Assembly: GCA_963734495.1 (NCBI GenBank)
Contig: CAVTHK010000001.1
Coordinates: 768,001-832,000, forward strand
Length of the DNA stretch: 64,000 bases
Reading direction: 5' to 3'
Source of the DNA: an uncultured Spirochaetota bacterium
GTDB taxonomy: Bacteria; Spirochaetota; Spirochaetia; SZUA-6; CAVTHK01
The stretch's first letter is position 1, and each line of letters opens with the position of its first letter. The notes below the pieces were generated by a model, which saw only the letters and a list, made by a program, of their open reading frames with translations, did not search any database and was not told the origin of the DNA. Positions 9,777 through 20,095 of this stretch are shown one piece after another. The position numbers and the translations under genes were made by a program.

Positions 9777-11427
9777 ATGAGAAGGTTGGGTGCGCTGAGC
9801 ACGATCATGATGCTCGCGGCGGCTCTGCTGTGGGCCGGCGGCGCGCAGGACAAGCCCGCGCCGCAGGCTTCCGGCGAGCAGAAGCCCGCGGGAAAGGGCG
9901 CGCACTGGATCGCCGACAACGTGGCGATCACCTATTGGACCGAAATCGCTGCCCGCACGGCGGCGACTCGCGCCAGCCACAACGAGATTCCCGTCTACCA
10001 GGAAGCCGAGAAGATCACGGGCATCAAGGTCAAGTTTCTCCATCCGCCCGCGGCCCAGGTGACCGAGCAGTTCAACCTGATGATCGCCTCCGGCGATTAC
10101 CCTGACGTCATCTACTGGGGCTGGATGGACTTTCCCGGAGGGCCGGAGAAGGCCATCGCCGACAAGGTCATCATCAAGCTCAATGACCTGGTCGCCAGGA
10201 ACGCACGTGATTTCGCGGGGTTCGTCAACGGCCGGCCCGACATAGGCCGCAAGATCATCACCGATCAGGGCAGCCTGTACCTGTTTCCGAACCTGACGCC
10301 CTGGATCAAGGACCCGGCCGAAAGCTGGCAGCGGTTCTCCACCGGGCCGATGTTCCGCGGCGACTGGCTGACCGAGATGGGACTGCAGCCGCCCAAGACG
10401 CTCGACGAGTGGGAGACGGTTCTCACGGCGTTCAAGAAGCGGGGCGACAACATCATCCCGCTGGCCGCGCTGCCCAACGGCGGGCTCAAGGCGATCAGCG
10501 GGCTGCGCTGGATGATGTGCGCGTGGGGCTCCAACTACGAGCCTTACGTCGTCGACGGCAAGGTCCACTACGGTTTCGCGGAGCCGGAATACAAGGACTA
10601 CCTCACGGTGATGAACCGCTGGTACAAGGCCGGGCTGATCGACAAGGACTTCGTCAGCCGCGAGTACAATCAGGTCAGGGGCATGATCGCCGAAGGCCGC
10701 GTCGGCGCCTTCTGGGGAAGGCTCAACTCCGAGATGGGAGGGTTCACGCCCCTCGGCCGCAAGGGCAACCCGAACTTCAAGCTGGTCCTGGCGCCGTGGC
10801 CCTACGCGAAAGACGGCAAGAGCTACCACATGCACGGCTCGGGCGGCAACGACTTCGACGGGTCGGGCGCCGCGATCACCACGAAGAACAAGCACCCGGT
10901 GGAAACGGTCAAGTGGCTGAACTTCTGGTGGACCGAAGACGGCCACAACCTCGGGAACTTCGGCATCGAAGGCCTCACCTACAACTGGGTCAACGGCTTC
11001 CCCAAGTACACTGACCTCGTGATGAAGAACCCGGACGGCCTGTCGGTCGTCAACGCCCTCAGCAAGTACGCCCCGGACGGTGGGATGGGCCGCTTCTGGA
11101 AGCAGGACGCCCGCTACTGGGAGCAGATGATGTCCTTCCCTGAGCAGTACGAGGGAGGGAAGCTCATGGCCAGCACCGGAGACATCAGCCGCGCCATGCC
11201 TGCGGCCACTCCCGACTGCCGAGGAGTCCAAGGAGCTGGCGGCGATCCTGTCCGAGGTGACGACCTACCGCGACGAGATGTTCGTCAAGTTCGTGGTGGG
11301 CCTCGAGCCGCTCGCCGGGTTCGACGAATACCTGAAAAGGATCAACGCCATGGGAGTGCCGAAGGCGCTGGCGATCCAGCAGGCCTCCCTCGATCGTTTC
11401 GCCAAGAGACCGGTCCCGAAGTTCTGA
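9777..11427 (+). CDS. ABC extracellular solute-binding protein (carbohydrate, LplA-like); one frameshift near 11210
   Basis: Signal LWAGGAQD; EKITGIKVKF, NLMIASGDYPD, P.TLDEW..VL.AFK. C-terminus (EESKELAAILSEVTTYRDEMFVKFVVG...) continues in another frame to TGA at 11427. Confidence 0.9.
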
Positions 11428-11501
11428 TCTGACGCGCCCCGCGGCCGCAGCGTGCCTCCCGCTTGATGAGCGACCGGCCGCGGGGTACCTTCACCGTTGC
11501 C

Positions 11502-12294
11502 GTGAGATCGAACATCCTCGCCGCGTGCGCGCTCGCGTGCCTCGTTCCGGCGCGCGTGGTGCGCGCCCATAGACGCGCTGTTTTCCCGGGAGACGGTCGC
11601 CGAGCTCGAGGCTTCGGGCGGCGCGAAGCGCGCGTTCCGCGGGGCCGAGGGGCTCGCCCTGTTCCCGCGCCTGGCGGTGCGCGACGAAGTGAGCCGGCGG
11701 GTCGCCGCCCTCGACCCGACGGTCGGAGTCGAGATGGTCCTCTCCTACCGCCCTCCCGAGGGCCCGGCCGGCGGCGACCCGAGGACGATCTACAACGCGC
11801 TCCACGCCGTGAGCAGCCTCAAGGGCATCGAGTACTTCTCGGTCTCGCGGGGCCGGGTCGACACGCTCTTCCACGACGCCGCGTTCGTCGACTCGTCCGC
11901 GGGCGGGGAGAGGCTTCCGGACCCCAGGCTGGACTCAGCGCCCGTGGACGGGTTGCGGGAGAGCCGGTTCGCCTCGTTCGACGACGCCTCGTTCGGCCGC
12001 TACGTCGTCGAGGTGGGCTACGAGGTCCGCGAGGGATCATTTGTCCTGAGCATGGAGAACGTCGGCGCCATCCGGAAGGTCCTGATCCCGTTCGTTCAGC
12101 CGCGCGAGCTTCTGAGCACGATCGTCGTGATGCCCCTCGACGACCGCATCGTCGTGTACGGATTCTCCTGCGTGCACGCGCTGAACATCTTCGGCCTCGC
12201 CGAGCGGATCGGCGCCGAGTCCTTCTCCAACAGGCTCGCCGCGCTGATGCGCTGGTTTCAGGCCACCTATGAGGCGACCTACAAATCGCAGTAG
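11502..12294 (+). CDS. DUF6675-like secreted protein; frameshift near 11560
   Basis: Signal peptide in one frame joins the ORF containing YNAL..VSSLKGIEYFS, D.SFG.Y and SFSNRL.AL..WF; family recognised from memory. Confidence 0.65.
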
Positions 12295-12383
12295 AGCCGC
12301 CGCCGGCAGAGTGAGCGGCGGACGCGGCCGGGGCGGGCAGGTCCCTCTCGACGCTCCCGCTGCCGTGGTAGTAGCTTCACGGA

Positions 12384-13226
12384 ATGCAATACAGTGACAT
12401 GCTCGGGCGTGCCGATCTGCAGCCGACCGCAGCCTCGCGCTTGCGGGGGGCCGCCGTGAGGATCGCGCTCCTTGTCGTCGGGCTCCTGTCCCTCGTCGAC
12501 CGCCCGGCACCGGCCCAGGGGCTCAGGCTCGACCCGCTGACGGACGGCATCCTGCTGGGCGTCGGGCTTCCGTACGCCGGCGTGACGGAGTACCTGGTGC
12601 GCACGAGCACCCGCGACGTGCTCGGCACGCCCGACCGTTCCGACGTCAACGCCTTCGATCGCCTCGCGATCTTCGATTACTCGTCGGGGCTCAACACGAC
12701 GGCGGACGTCGTGATGTTCACCACAATGCTCGCGCCGGGCGCGTTCGGCTTTCTGCTGCCCTTCGACGACACGGTCACCGCCGGCGTGATCTACATCGAG
12801 ACTCTCGCGTTCGCGGATGCCGCCAAGAACACCTTCAAGCTGCTGTTCGCCCGCTACCGGCCGTACATGTACACCGGCGGCGCGTCCAACGTCGAATCGC
12901 GCGAGAACGACCAGAGCTTCCTCTCCGGCGACTCCACGATGGCGTTCGCGGCGGCCACGGCCACCGTGTACCTGTTCTCGGTCTACTTCCCCGGCTCGCC
13001 CTGGATGGTTCCGCTGGCGGCGGGAGCCTACGGGCTCGCCACGCTCACGGCGACGCTGCGCGTCGTGGCGGGCATGCACTTCATGACCGACGTGGCCGCG
13101 GGCGCCGTGCTGGGGACCGCGATCGGATACGGGATCCCGTACCTCCACCGGACCGTCAGGGCCGCGAACGACCGGCTCGCCCTGAACGTGCTCCCCGGCG
13201 GGCTCCTGATGACCTACCGGTACTAG
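12384..13226 (+). CDS. PAP2 family phosphatase (start may be downstream, near 12457)
   Basis: K......RP (KLLFARYRP), SFLSGDS, RVVAGMHFMTDV motifs. Confidence 0.88.
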   Translation: MQYSDMLGRADLQPTAASRLRGAAVRIALLVVGLLSLVDRPAPAQGLRLDPLTDGILLGVGLPYAGVTEYLVRTSTRDVLGTPDRSDVNAFDRLAIFDYSSGLNTTADVVMFTTMLAPGAFGFLLPFDDTVTAGVIYIETLAFADAAKNTFKLLFARYRPYMYTGGASNVESRENDQSFLSGDSTMAFAAATATVYLFSVYFPGSPWMVPLAAGAYGLATLTATLRVVAGMHFMTDVAAGAVLGTAIGYGIPYLHRTVRAANDRLALNVLPGGLLMTYRY

Positions 13227-13312
13227 GCCGGCCGCGGTCCGCCGCGGCCAGACAACCGGCACCGGCGCGAGCGACGGCCCGCCGAAGCGCGACGCTCGAG
13301 GCGGCGCGAAAA

Positions 13313-13341
13313 TTGACACTGCCGCGGCCGTCGTCTACATT
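13313..13341 (+). promoter_or_regulatory. Sigma70-type promoter
   Basis: TTGACA-17 bp-TACATT, 10 nt before ATG 13352. Confidence 0.75.
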
Positions 13342-13351
13342 GGCGTCGGTT

Positions 13352-15001
13352 ATGCCGGTGGGCAGAGTTCTGGACCTCGTACGGCGCAAGGCGGTCGCCA
13401 TCGGATCCGGAAAGGGAGGGGTCGGCAAGTCCACCACGGCCGTCAACCTTGCGCTCTACTATGCGCGCAAGGGCAAACGGGTCGCGCTCATCGATCTGGA
13501 CCCCCTTTCCGATATCGCCACCATCCTCGATCTCAACCCGGCCGAAGCGGTGCTCACCGGCGGCAACGGCTCGGCCGGCCGGGGCGGGCTCGAGGCGCAG
13601 GTCAACCGCGTCTTCAACAACCTGGACCTCATCTTCCCGAGACCCAAGCTCGAAGGGAAGGATCGCGAGCGCGCGCTCCAGAGGCTCTTCGGCGAGTTCC
13701 TGCAGAAGGCCGGCAGGAGCTACGACGTGCTGCTCATGGACCTGCCGGCGGGCAACCGCTACGAGGACAACCTGGTCTACCTCCCGTTCACCGCGAACCT
13801 GGTCGTCGTGACGAATGCCGAGCCGACGGCGCACGTATCCACGGGCGGCTACCTCCGCAGCGTGCTCGAGCTCGAGCGGCCGCCGGCGATCGGGCTGTGG
13901 CACAACCGGTACGCGGCGCTCGCGGACGCGGACTTCGACCCCCGCGACGTGATCGGCAACTACAACCGCAACGTGCCCGACGAGCTGCGGATCCCCGACG
14001 GCGCGGCCGGCCGGGTCGATGACCTGGGCTTCGTGCCGAGGGACCCGGCCCTCGACCTGCTGCAGGCCAATCCGTCGATCCTCATCAACGTCTACAGGCG
14101 GATGCTCGACATGGTGGAGGTGATCCAGCAGCAGCGCCTCACGAACCTGCTCTCCGAGCTGCAGCTCGCCGGCCGCAGCCTGGAGCTGGTGCGCTACTAC
14201 CTGCGCGCGAACCCCGAGATCGGCGACCTCGACGCCTGTCTCGACTCCCTGCTCGGCTACATGGACCGCATCACCGCCGACGACCAGCGCCCGCAGCGCA
14301 CGCCGGCCGGCTCGGGCCTCATGCGGCGCGCGTTCCGCGGGGTGCTCGACGTCGTGCGGCGCGACAGGCTGCGGGAGTTCCTGATCGGGCTTGCGAAGCT
14401 GCTCCAGGAGGAGATCGGGCGCCAGGAGGAGGCGCGCCGCCCGTTCGCGGCGGGCACGCCCGTTCCCGCGAGCCGGGCGATCGACCGCCGCATGAGCCGG
14501 CTGCTGATGTACCTGAACCTGAGCGCCGCCGAGCTCGGCGACGTTCTGCACGGCAGCGCCGGCGTCCTCCTGGTCTACTTCGCGCTCTACAAGCTGCTGC
14601 AGTCGCGCAGCATCCTCCGCGTGATCTCGGAGTTCATCCCGAAGAAGGCGAGCACGCGGGGCTCGCGCGTGCGCAACCGGCGCGAGCAGATCCGCGCCCT
14701 CGTGGAGAACAGCCAGGACTATCGCAGGAGATTCTTCACCCTGGTCAAGGCGCTGTACCCCGTCTACAACCGTCAGGTCGCCGCGATCGTGCAGACCTTC
14801 GACCTGCAGAAGCTGGTGCTGCGCAACGAAAAGGGCGGAGTCAAGCGCGACGCCTACCTCAAGCTGCTCGTGAGCTTCCTCCACGACTCGCTGAACTGCG
14901 GTCTGAGCGTGATCGTCGGTTTCAGCCACAGACCCGCGTCGCGGGCGTTCGCCCAGGGCGCGGACAGGCTGCTTGCGCGCATCGAGCGCGGCGGCGCGTA
15001 G
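13352..15001 (+). CDS. MinD/FlhG/ParA-family P-loop ATPase with long C-terminal extension
   Basis: Deviant Walker A GSGKGGVGKST, LIDLD, DLPAG, VVTNAEPTA; about 300 extra helical residues. Confidence 0.85.
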   Translation: MPVGRVLDLVRRKAVAIGSGKGGVGKSTTAVNLALYYARKGKRVALIDLDPLSDIATILDLNPAEAVLTGGNGSAGRGGLEAQVNRVFNNLDLIFPRPKLEGKDRERALQRLFGEFLQKAGRSYDVLLMDLPAGNRYEDNLVYLPFTANLVVVTNAEPTAHVSTGGYLRSVLELERPPAIGLWHNRYAALADADFDPRDVIGNYNRNVPDELRIPDGAAGRVDDLGFVPRDPALDLLQANPSILINVYRRMLDMVEVIQQQRLTNLLSELQLAGRSLELVRYYLRANPEIGDLDACLDSLLGYMDRITADDQRPQRTPAGSGLMRRAFRGVLDVVRRDRLREFLIGLAKLLQEEIGRQEEARRPFAAGTPVPASRAIDRRMSRLLMYLNLSAAELGDVLHGSAGVLLVYFALYKLLQSRSILRVISEFIPKKASTRGSRVRNRREQIRALVENSQDYRRRFFTLVKALYPVYNRQVAAIVQTFDLQKLVLRNEKGGVKRDAYLKLLVSFLHDSLNCGLSVIVGFSHRPASRAFAQGADRLLARIERGGA

Positions 15002-15032
15002 GGGACCGGCGAGCTTGCGGCAGGCCGCCGGT

Positions 15033-15887
15033 CTACGGCGTGTCCCGCCAGCTGTGGCGCGGCTTCCAGCCGAAGAACTGGTTCATCTTCGAACAGTCGA
15101 AGGCCGACTGGAAGTCGCCGTGGCCGGCGGCGAATCTGCCTTCCTTCCCATACCTCGTCTTGACCGCCTGGCGGATCGGCACTTCGATGCACGTGTCGGC
15201 TGCCGCGATGAGGAAGACCTCGTGCCCGGTGCTCGTGCCCTCGAGCGCCGCGCGGAAGGCCCAGCCGACGTCGCGGGCGTCGATGTAGCTCCAGAAGTTG
15301 GCGCTGCCCGGGCCGGGGAACTCGCGCCGGCGGGGACCGAGCATCGCCACGGAGAGCTCGGGCGGGATCACGTTGTTGATGCGCAGGCTGCAGATCGCCA
15401 TGCCTGGATAGCGCAGAACCATCGAGTCAGCGATGATCTCGCCGAGGTACTTGCTGAGGGCGTAGGCGTTGGGCGAGTCGACCCTGTCTTCCTCTTTGAA
15501 GGGGAAACGGGGCGGCAGCTCCTCGGTGGTGAGCCACCCGGTGGCCATCTCGCTGCTGGCATAGATGAGGCGCGAGACTCCGAAATCCCCGGCCGCCTGC
15601 ATGACGTGATAGGTCTGCGTCACGTTCCCGACGAATGTGCCCTGCCGCGACCAGCCGCTCGGCGACGGGTTGGCCGCGAGGTGGCAGACCCCTTCGGGCC
15701 GCACCTGGGCGAAGGCGTCGTAGACCTCCCCGGCGTCGGTCAGGTCGATGCGGATGAGCTTTCCCGGAAGCCCTTCGAGCGCGGCGCGGTCGAGGTTGGT
15801 TACGTCGTGGCCCGCTTCCGCGAGCTCACGCACGACATGGCGGCCGGCCTTGCCGCTTCCGCCCGTCACGATCACTTTCATTGGCAT
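15033..15887 (-). CDS. NAD(P)-dependent epimerase/dehydratase (extended SDR)
   Basis: TGGSGKAG, HLAA, YASS, YALSK, YIDARD. Confidence 0.92.
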   Translation of the reverse strand: MPMKVIVTGGSGKAGRHVVRELAEAGHDVTNLDRAALEGLPGKLIRIDLTDAGEVYDAFAQVRPEGVCHLAANPSPSGWSRQGTFVGNVTQTYHVMQAAGDFGVSRLIYASSEMATGWLTTEELPPRFPFKEEDRVDSPNAYALSKYLGEIIADSMVLRYPGMAICSLRINNVIPPELSVAMLGPRRREFPGPGSANFWSYIDARDVGWAFRAALEGTSTGHEVFLIAAADTCIEVPIRQAVKTRYGKEGRFAAGHGDFQSAFDCSKMNQFFGWKPRHSWRDTP

Positions 15888-16043
15888 CCTCCGCAGCCCG
15901 CGCGCGCGGGCTCCGCCCCGCTCCGCCGGGCTATGGCCGAAGGTACGACCCGGCCCGAGGCCCGGTCAAGAAGCTTCAGGGAACGGGGGCGGCGCCCCTA
16001 TCGCTGCAGGTTGGCCGGGGCGCCGGCAGTGCCGGCCGCTGCG

Positions 16044-18035
16044 TCAACCGCAGCAGCTCCCGCGGCCGGAGCGCCGCCCGCGCCCCCGCTCGGAGCGGCC
16101 GCCCGCGCCGCCCGCGGGCGGCGGCAGGAACTCGGCGAGCGGGAACGACGCCATGTAGTAGTCGTTCGATGCGTTCCAGAGCGTGAAGCCCGAAGCGCGC
16201 GCCGCGGCCGCCCCTTCGAGCTGCACCCGCAGGTAGCGGGTGTACTCCTCGGGGGTCATCTTGAGCTCGCCGTACAGGCGGAAGGCCTGCACGTACGGTC
16301 GAATGACGCTGCGGCCCGCCACCATCGAGCTCGACCGCGTCGTGCCTTCCTGGTAGATGCGCCTGGCCCGATCGATATAGGGCAGCGCGCGCAGGAAATC
16401 CGCGGGGAAGTGCGACGGATAATACATGGGGCAGATCGCGTCGGCGTAACGGCTGACCAGGTCGATGCTCTGGCCGTTCCAGTTGCCCATGTGGTACCAC
16501 GAGTTGAAGCCGTAGAGGTCCGTGCTGATCGGCACGCTGAGGGACTCCCGCGCCTTGGCGAGGAAGCTTTCGAGCGCGTCGGAGTGGATCTGTCCCGGCT
16601 TGCGGCTGCGATAGACGATGGTCGAGAGGTCGCCGTCGGTGGGGAAGCGGATGTAGTCGAACTGGATCTCGTCGACGCCGAGCTGCTCGGCTTCCTTCGC
16701 GACGGCGATGTTGTAGTCCCAGACGGCCTCGGAATACGGGTCGACCCAGAACTCCACCTGCTGCCAGGTGACGTTCTTGTTCTCGTCCTCGCGCTTGACG
16801 AGGTTGCGCCACGGCGCGTTGCGCTCGCGGTCCCAGACCGCGTAGGCGCCGTCGCGGTAGCCGTACATCGCGCGGTCCTTGAACACGAGAATCCGCGCGA
16901 TCACGTAGACGCCGGCCTGGTGGGCCCTGTCGATGACCTGCCTCGCGTCGAACCGCCTGCGCACGACCCCCAACGCCTTCGGCATCTCGAGGGCCGAGTC
17001 GTAGGCCAGGATCCCGTCGTCGTCCTTGAAGTCGATCACGACGCTGTTCAGGCCCTGCATCTTGACCCAGGCGAGCAGCTCGTCGAAGCGGGCTCTGCCG
17101 GCCGTGAACGACGAGACGTAGATCCCGGTGCGGTTCGCGGCGCGGGCGATCCTCGCCTCGCGGGCGGGGTCGCGCCGGGGCGCCTGCCGCGCCGCCGCCG
17201 CGAGCCGCTGCCACCCCGCTGCCCCGTACTGCCACACCGCGCTGTCGGTCACGACGTGCAGCTCGCCGCTCGCGTCGTACCGCAACACCCGGATGTTCTC
17301 CCCCGCGGCGGCGCCGGGGAACGCCAGGTCGGTGTAGGTTTCCCGGTTCGCGGAGGAGCGGTAGATCCCGTAGCCGAAGTCGAGCCCGATGGTGATGACG
17401 CCGGGCTGGGACGGGTCGTAGCTGATGCCGGCGACCTCCTCGAAGAAGTGGGCGCCCCTGTCGAGAAAGCGCGCCTTGGACGAGGGATCGGTCCAGGTGC
17501 GGCCCCGGTCGGTGGTCTCGTAGAAGCCGTCGAACGAGGTGCCGATCAGGAAGCCATCATGGTTCGACGGCGAGAGGGCGACCGCGGTCAGGTAGCTCAC
17601 CCAGCCCGGCGTCCCCGGCTTGCGCTCGCCTTCGGCGACCGTGGAGACGCGCGACCAGGTGCGGCCCGCGTCCTCCGAGACGTAGAGGTCGCCGGGCGTG
17701 GTGACGGCCACGCGGGCGGGATCGACGGGGTCGACCCCGACCGAGGTCAGCGGCCGCAGCGACTGCTCGGCGGCGAACGGAAAGATCACCTTGCGGGGCA
17801 GCCCGGCGTCGCGAAGCTCCCAGCTTGCCCCGCCGTCGGTGGAAACCGTGAACCCGCGTTCCTCCGAGATGCCGTAGATCGTGCCATCGGCTGCGACGAC
17901 GGCCTTTTCGGGCGCGAACACCGGGGGCGGCGCCGAATCGCGCTGGTCGCGGACCTCGGGGTTCGCCGTGCTCTGCGAGGCGACCGCGATGCTGATGCAG
18001 AAGGCTATGAGACCTGCGAGGCGGATGCTGAACAT
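16044..18035 (-). CDS. Secreted putative glycoside hydrolase (DUF4015-like TIM barrel) with N-terminal BNR/Asp-box propeller
   Basis: Signal peptide; Asp-boxes STDGGASW, SEDAGRTW, TTDRGRTW; VIDFKDDDG, ARILVFKD, WVDPY, GVDEIQFDYIRFP, PMYYPSHF. Confidence 0.85.
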   Translation of the reverse strand: MFSIRLAGLIAFCISIAVASQSTANPEVRDQRDSAPPPVFAPEKAVVAADGTIYGISEERGFTVSTDGGASWELRDAGLPRKVIFPFAAEQSLRPLTSVGVDPVDPARVAVTTPGDLYVSEDAGRTWSRVSTVAEGERKPGTPGWVSYLTAVALSPSNHDGFLIGTSFDGFYETTDRGRTWTDPSSKARFLDRGAHFFEEVAGISYDPSQPGVITIGLDFGYGIYRSSANRETYTDLAFPGAAAGENIRVLRYDASGELHVVTDSAVWQYGAAGWQRLAAAARQAPRRDPAREARIARAANRTGIYVSSFTAGRARFDELLAWVKMQGLNSVVIDFKDDDGILAYDSALEMPKALGVVRRRFDARQVIDRAHQAGVYVIARILVFKDRAMYGYRDGAYAVWDRERNAPWRNLVKREDENKNVTWQQVEFWVDPYSEAVWDYNIAVAKEAEQLGVDEIQFDYIRFPTDGDLSTIVYRSRKPGQIHSDALESFLAKARESLSVPISTDLYGFNSWYHMGNWNGQSIDLVSRYADAICPMYYPSHFPADFLRALPYIDRARRIYQEGTTRSSSMVAGRSVIRPYVQAFRLYGELKMTPEEYTRYLRVQLEGAAAARASGFTLWNASNDYYMASFPLAEFLPPPAGGAGGRSERGRGRRSGRGSCCG

Positions 18036-18073
18036 GCTGCGGACTCCCGGGGGAGCGGGCGAGTGTGAGCGTC

Positions 18074-18103
18074 CTTATAGGTAGAAAACGAGCCGGGTGT
18101 CAA
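18074..18103 (-). promoter_or_regulatory. Sigma70-type promoter for the glycoside hydrolase gene
   Basis: Minus strand TTGACA-18 bp-TATAAG. Confidence 0.6.
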
Positions 18104-18170
18104 GGAAATTCACCCTGGGGCGCCGCGCGCTCCGCTCGGACGCGGCGCTCCTACTTCCGATGATCGGTAT

Positions 18171-18668
18171 ATGGACCTTGCACGATTTAAGGGTCTGGAC
18201 ATCGTGCTCGTCTGCGGCCTCCCCGCCTGCGGGAAGAGCACCTTTGCCAGGGAGAACTTCACCGATTCGGCCCACCGTCGGGTCAACCGCAAGGAGATCC
18301 GGAGGTTCCTCCACGAGATGACGCGCTACGGCGAACGCTGGAGCGAGAGCCATTTCGCGGAGCACGACGAAGGCCTGGTCCAGCACGTGGAGCGCAAGAT
18401 CCTCGAGCACCTGCTCCACGCGGGCGAAAAGGTGCTCGTCGACAACACGAGCGTCTCGATCGAGTCGCGCGCGAGCTACGTGCACCTCGCCCGCGAGACG
18501 CGCAAGCGCGCCGGTGCCATCTTTCTCAACCGGCCGGTCCTCACCTGCATCGAGCGCAACCGCAAGCGCGAGGACCCGGTGCCCGAAAACGTGATCTCCA
18601 ACCTCTTCGCCTCGATCCAGCTCCCCACCCGGGCCGAAGGCTTCGTCGAGACCCTCGTCGTCAACTGA
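18171..18668 (+). CDS. AAA_33 family P-loop kinase (polynucleotide-kinase-like)
   Basis: CGLPACGKST, VLVDNT, C.ERN.KR...VP, EGF. Confidence 0.85.
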   Translation: MDLARFKGLDIVLVCGLPACGKSTFARENFTDSAHRRVNRKEIRRFLHEMTRYGERWSESHFAEHDEGLVQHVERKILEHLLHAGEKVLVDNTSVSIESRASYVHLARETRKRAGAIFLNRPVLTCIERNRKREDPVPENVISNLFASIQLPTRAEGFVETLVVN

Positions 18669-18831
18669 CCCTGGCCGCGCGGTGCGCGTTCCGCGCTGCG
18701 CGTCTCCCTCGTCCCCGCGCCCTCCGGGCCGCACCCTGCCCCTCGCGCCCGGTTGACGCGGTGCGGCCTCAGGCCGCTAGATAAGGGTGCGGTTTCGCGA
18801 GCCTGCAAAGTCACCTGGTCGGGAGGCATGG

Positions 18832-19659
18832 ATGAAGCTCTCTGTCGCTGTCGCCGGCGCCGACGCCCCTCAGTCGGCCTTTGTCGTGTGGCGCGGGTTC
18901 GAGGAGTCGATCCGCAAGGCGGCCGACTTCGGCTACCACGGCATCGAGCTGGCGCTCAAGGAGGCGGGCGACGTCGAGCCGGCAAAGCTCGACCGCATGC
19001 TCGCCGCGCGCGGCCTCGAGGCGAGCTGCATCAGCACGGGACAGGTGTTCGCCGTTCTCGGGCTCTACTTCACGCACCCCGACCCTTCGGCGCGGGAGCG
19101 GGTGCTCCAGGTGTTCCGCGGGCTCGTCGACCTCGCCCAGGACCACGGCAGGCTCATCAACGTCGGGCGCGCGAGGGGCTTCTACCAGGATGGGCAGACG
19201 CCCGCGCAGACCGAGCAGCTCTTTATCGACATGGCGCGACGCATCTGCGACGTGGGCGCCCCCAAAGGGGTCACGCTGATGATCGAGCCGGTCAACCGCT
19301 ACGAGCTCAACTTCGTGAACTCCGTCGACGACGCCGCGAAGCTGCTGGCGAGGGTCGAGCGGAAGAACGTCGGCATCATGCCCGACGTCTTTCACATGAA
19401 CATCGAGGACGCGCACGTCGGCGACGCGCTGTACCGCAACTCGAAGTGGGTGAGCTACATCCACTTTGCCGACTCCAACCGCCTGGCGCCGGGGCAGGGC
19501 CACCTCGACTTCGACGACGTGCTCGGCGGCCTCAAGCGCGCAAAATGGGACGGCTGGGTGTCGATCGAGATCCTGCCCAAGCCCGACCCCGACACGGCGG
19601 CGCGCCAGGCGGCCGAGCACGTGCTGCCGCTGATCGCTCGGTACAACAAGGGCCGGTAG
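18832..19659 (+). CDS. Sugar phosphate isomerase/epimerase (xylose-isomerase-like TIM barrel, IolO-like)
   Basis: IEPVNRYE, DVFHMNIE, HFADSNR.APGQGH; GGAGG RBS. Confidence 0.92.
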   Translation: MKLSVAVAGADAPQSAFVVWRGFEESIRKAADFGYHGIELALKEAGDVEPAKLDRMLAARGLEASCISTGQVFAVLGLYFTHPDPSARERVLQVFRGLVDLAQDHGRLINVGRARGFYQDGQTPAQTEQLFIDMARRICDVGAPKGVTLMIEPVNRYELNFVNSVDDAAKLLARVERKNVGIMPDVFHMNIEDAHVGDALYRNSKWVSYIHFADSNRLAPGQGHLDFDDVLGGLKRAKWDGWVSIEILPKPDPDTAARQAAEHVLPLIARYNKGR

Positions 19660-19729
19660 CGGCCTGCGCGGCCCCGGCTGCCGTCAGGTGGCGGCCGGTG
19701 GCGGGAGGCTCCGGGATGGGACGGCCGCG

Positions 19730-20086
19730 ATGATCGCGCTCATGCTGCTGGCGTCCGCGGCTCTTCTGGCCGGCGCCTTCTTCCTGATCTACCACCTCGT
19801 GGTCAACGTGTTCGGGTCGCTGCTGGAGCGCAGGCAGCGGGACGCCGACTTCATCCTCTACACAGGCCGGGTTCCGCCCACGTGGCTCAAGAGACGGCCG
19901 CAGGCGCCGTTCGCGGTCGCGGTCGCCCGGCTGCGCGTCCGGCGGAAGCTCGCGCGCGTGATCGACTATTTCGCGCACACCCCGCTGGTCGCGAGCGAGC
20001 AGGAGCGTCAGTCGGTGCTCGGTCAGCTCCGCGACGTGAGGAGCCGCTGGAAGGCCGCTGCCTGGGAGGAGATGCTTCTGCCGTGA
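19730..20086 (+). CDS. Hypothetical single-TM protein
   Basis: Coding-like ORF with N-terminal hydrophobic helix. Confidence 0.6.
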   Translation: MIALMLLASAALLAGAFFLIYHLVVNVFGSLLERRQRDADFILYTGRVPPTWLKRRPQAPFAVAVARLRVRRKLARVIDYFAHTPLVASEQERQSVLGQLRDVRSRWKAAAWEEMLLP

Positions 20087-20095
20087 TGCCCGCGC

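Noticed and set aside
14973..18068. Very long antisense or alternate-frame ORFs (also 25342-27888, 33840-36323, 36837-38939, 41929-43980, 46713-49523)
   Set aside because: Shadow ORFs expected at high GC: Arg/Ala/Gly/Pro-rich, no motifs, and opposite or overlapping well-supported genes
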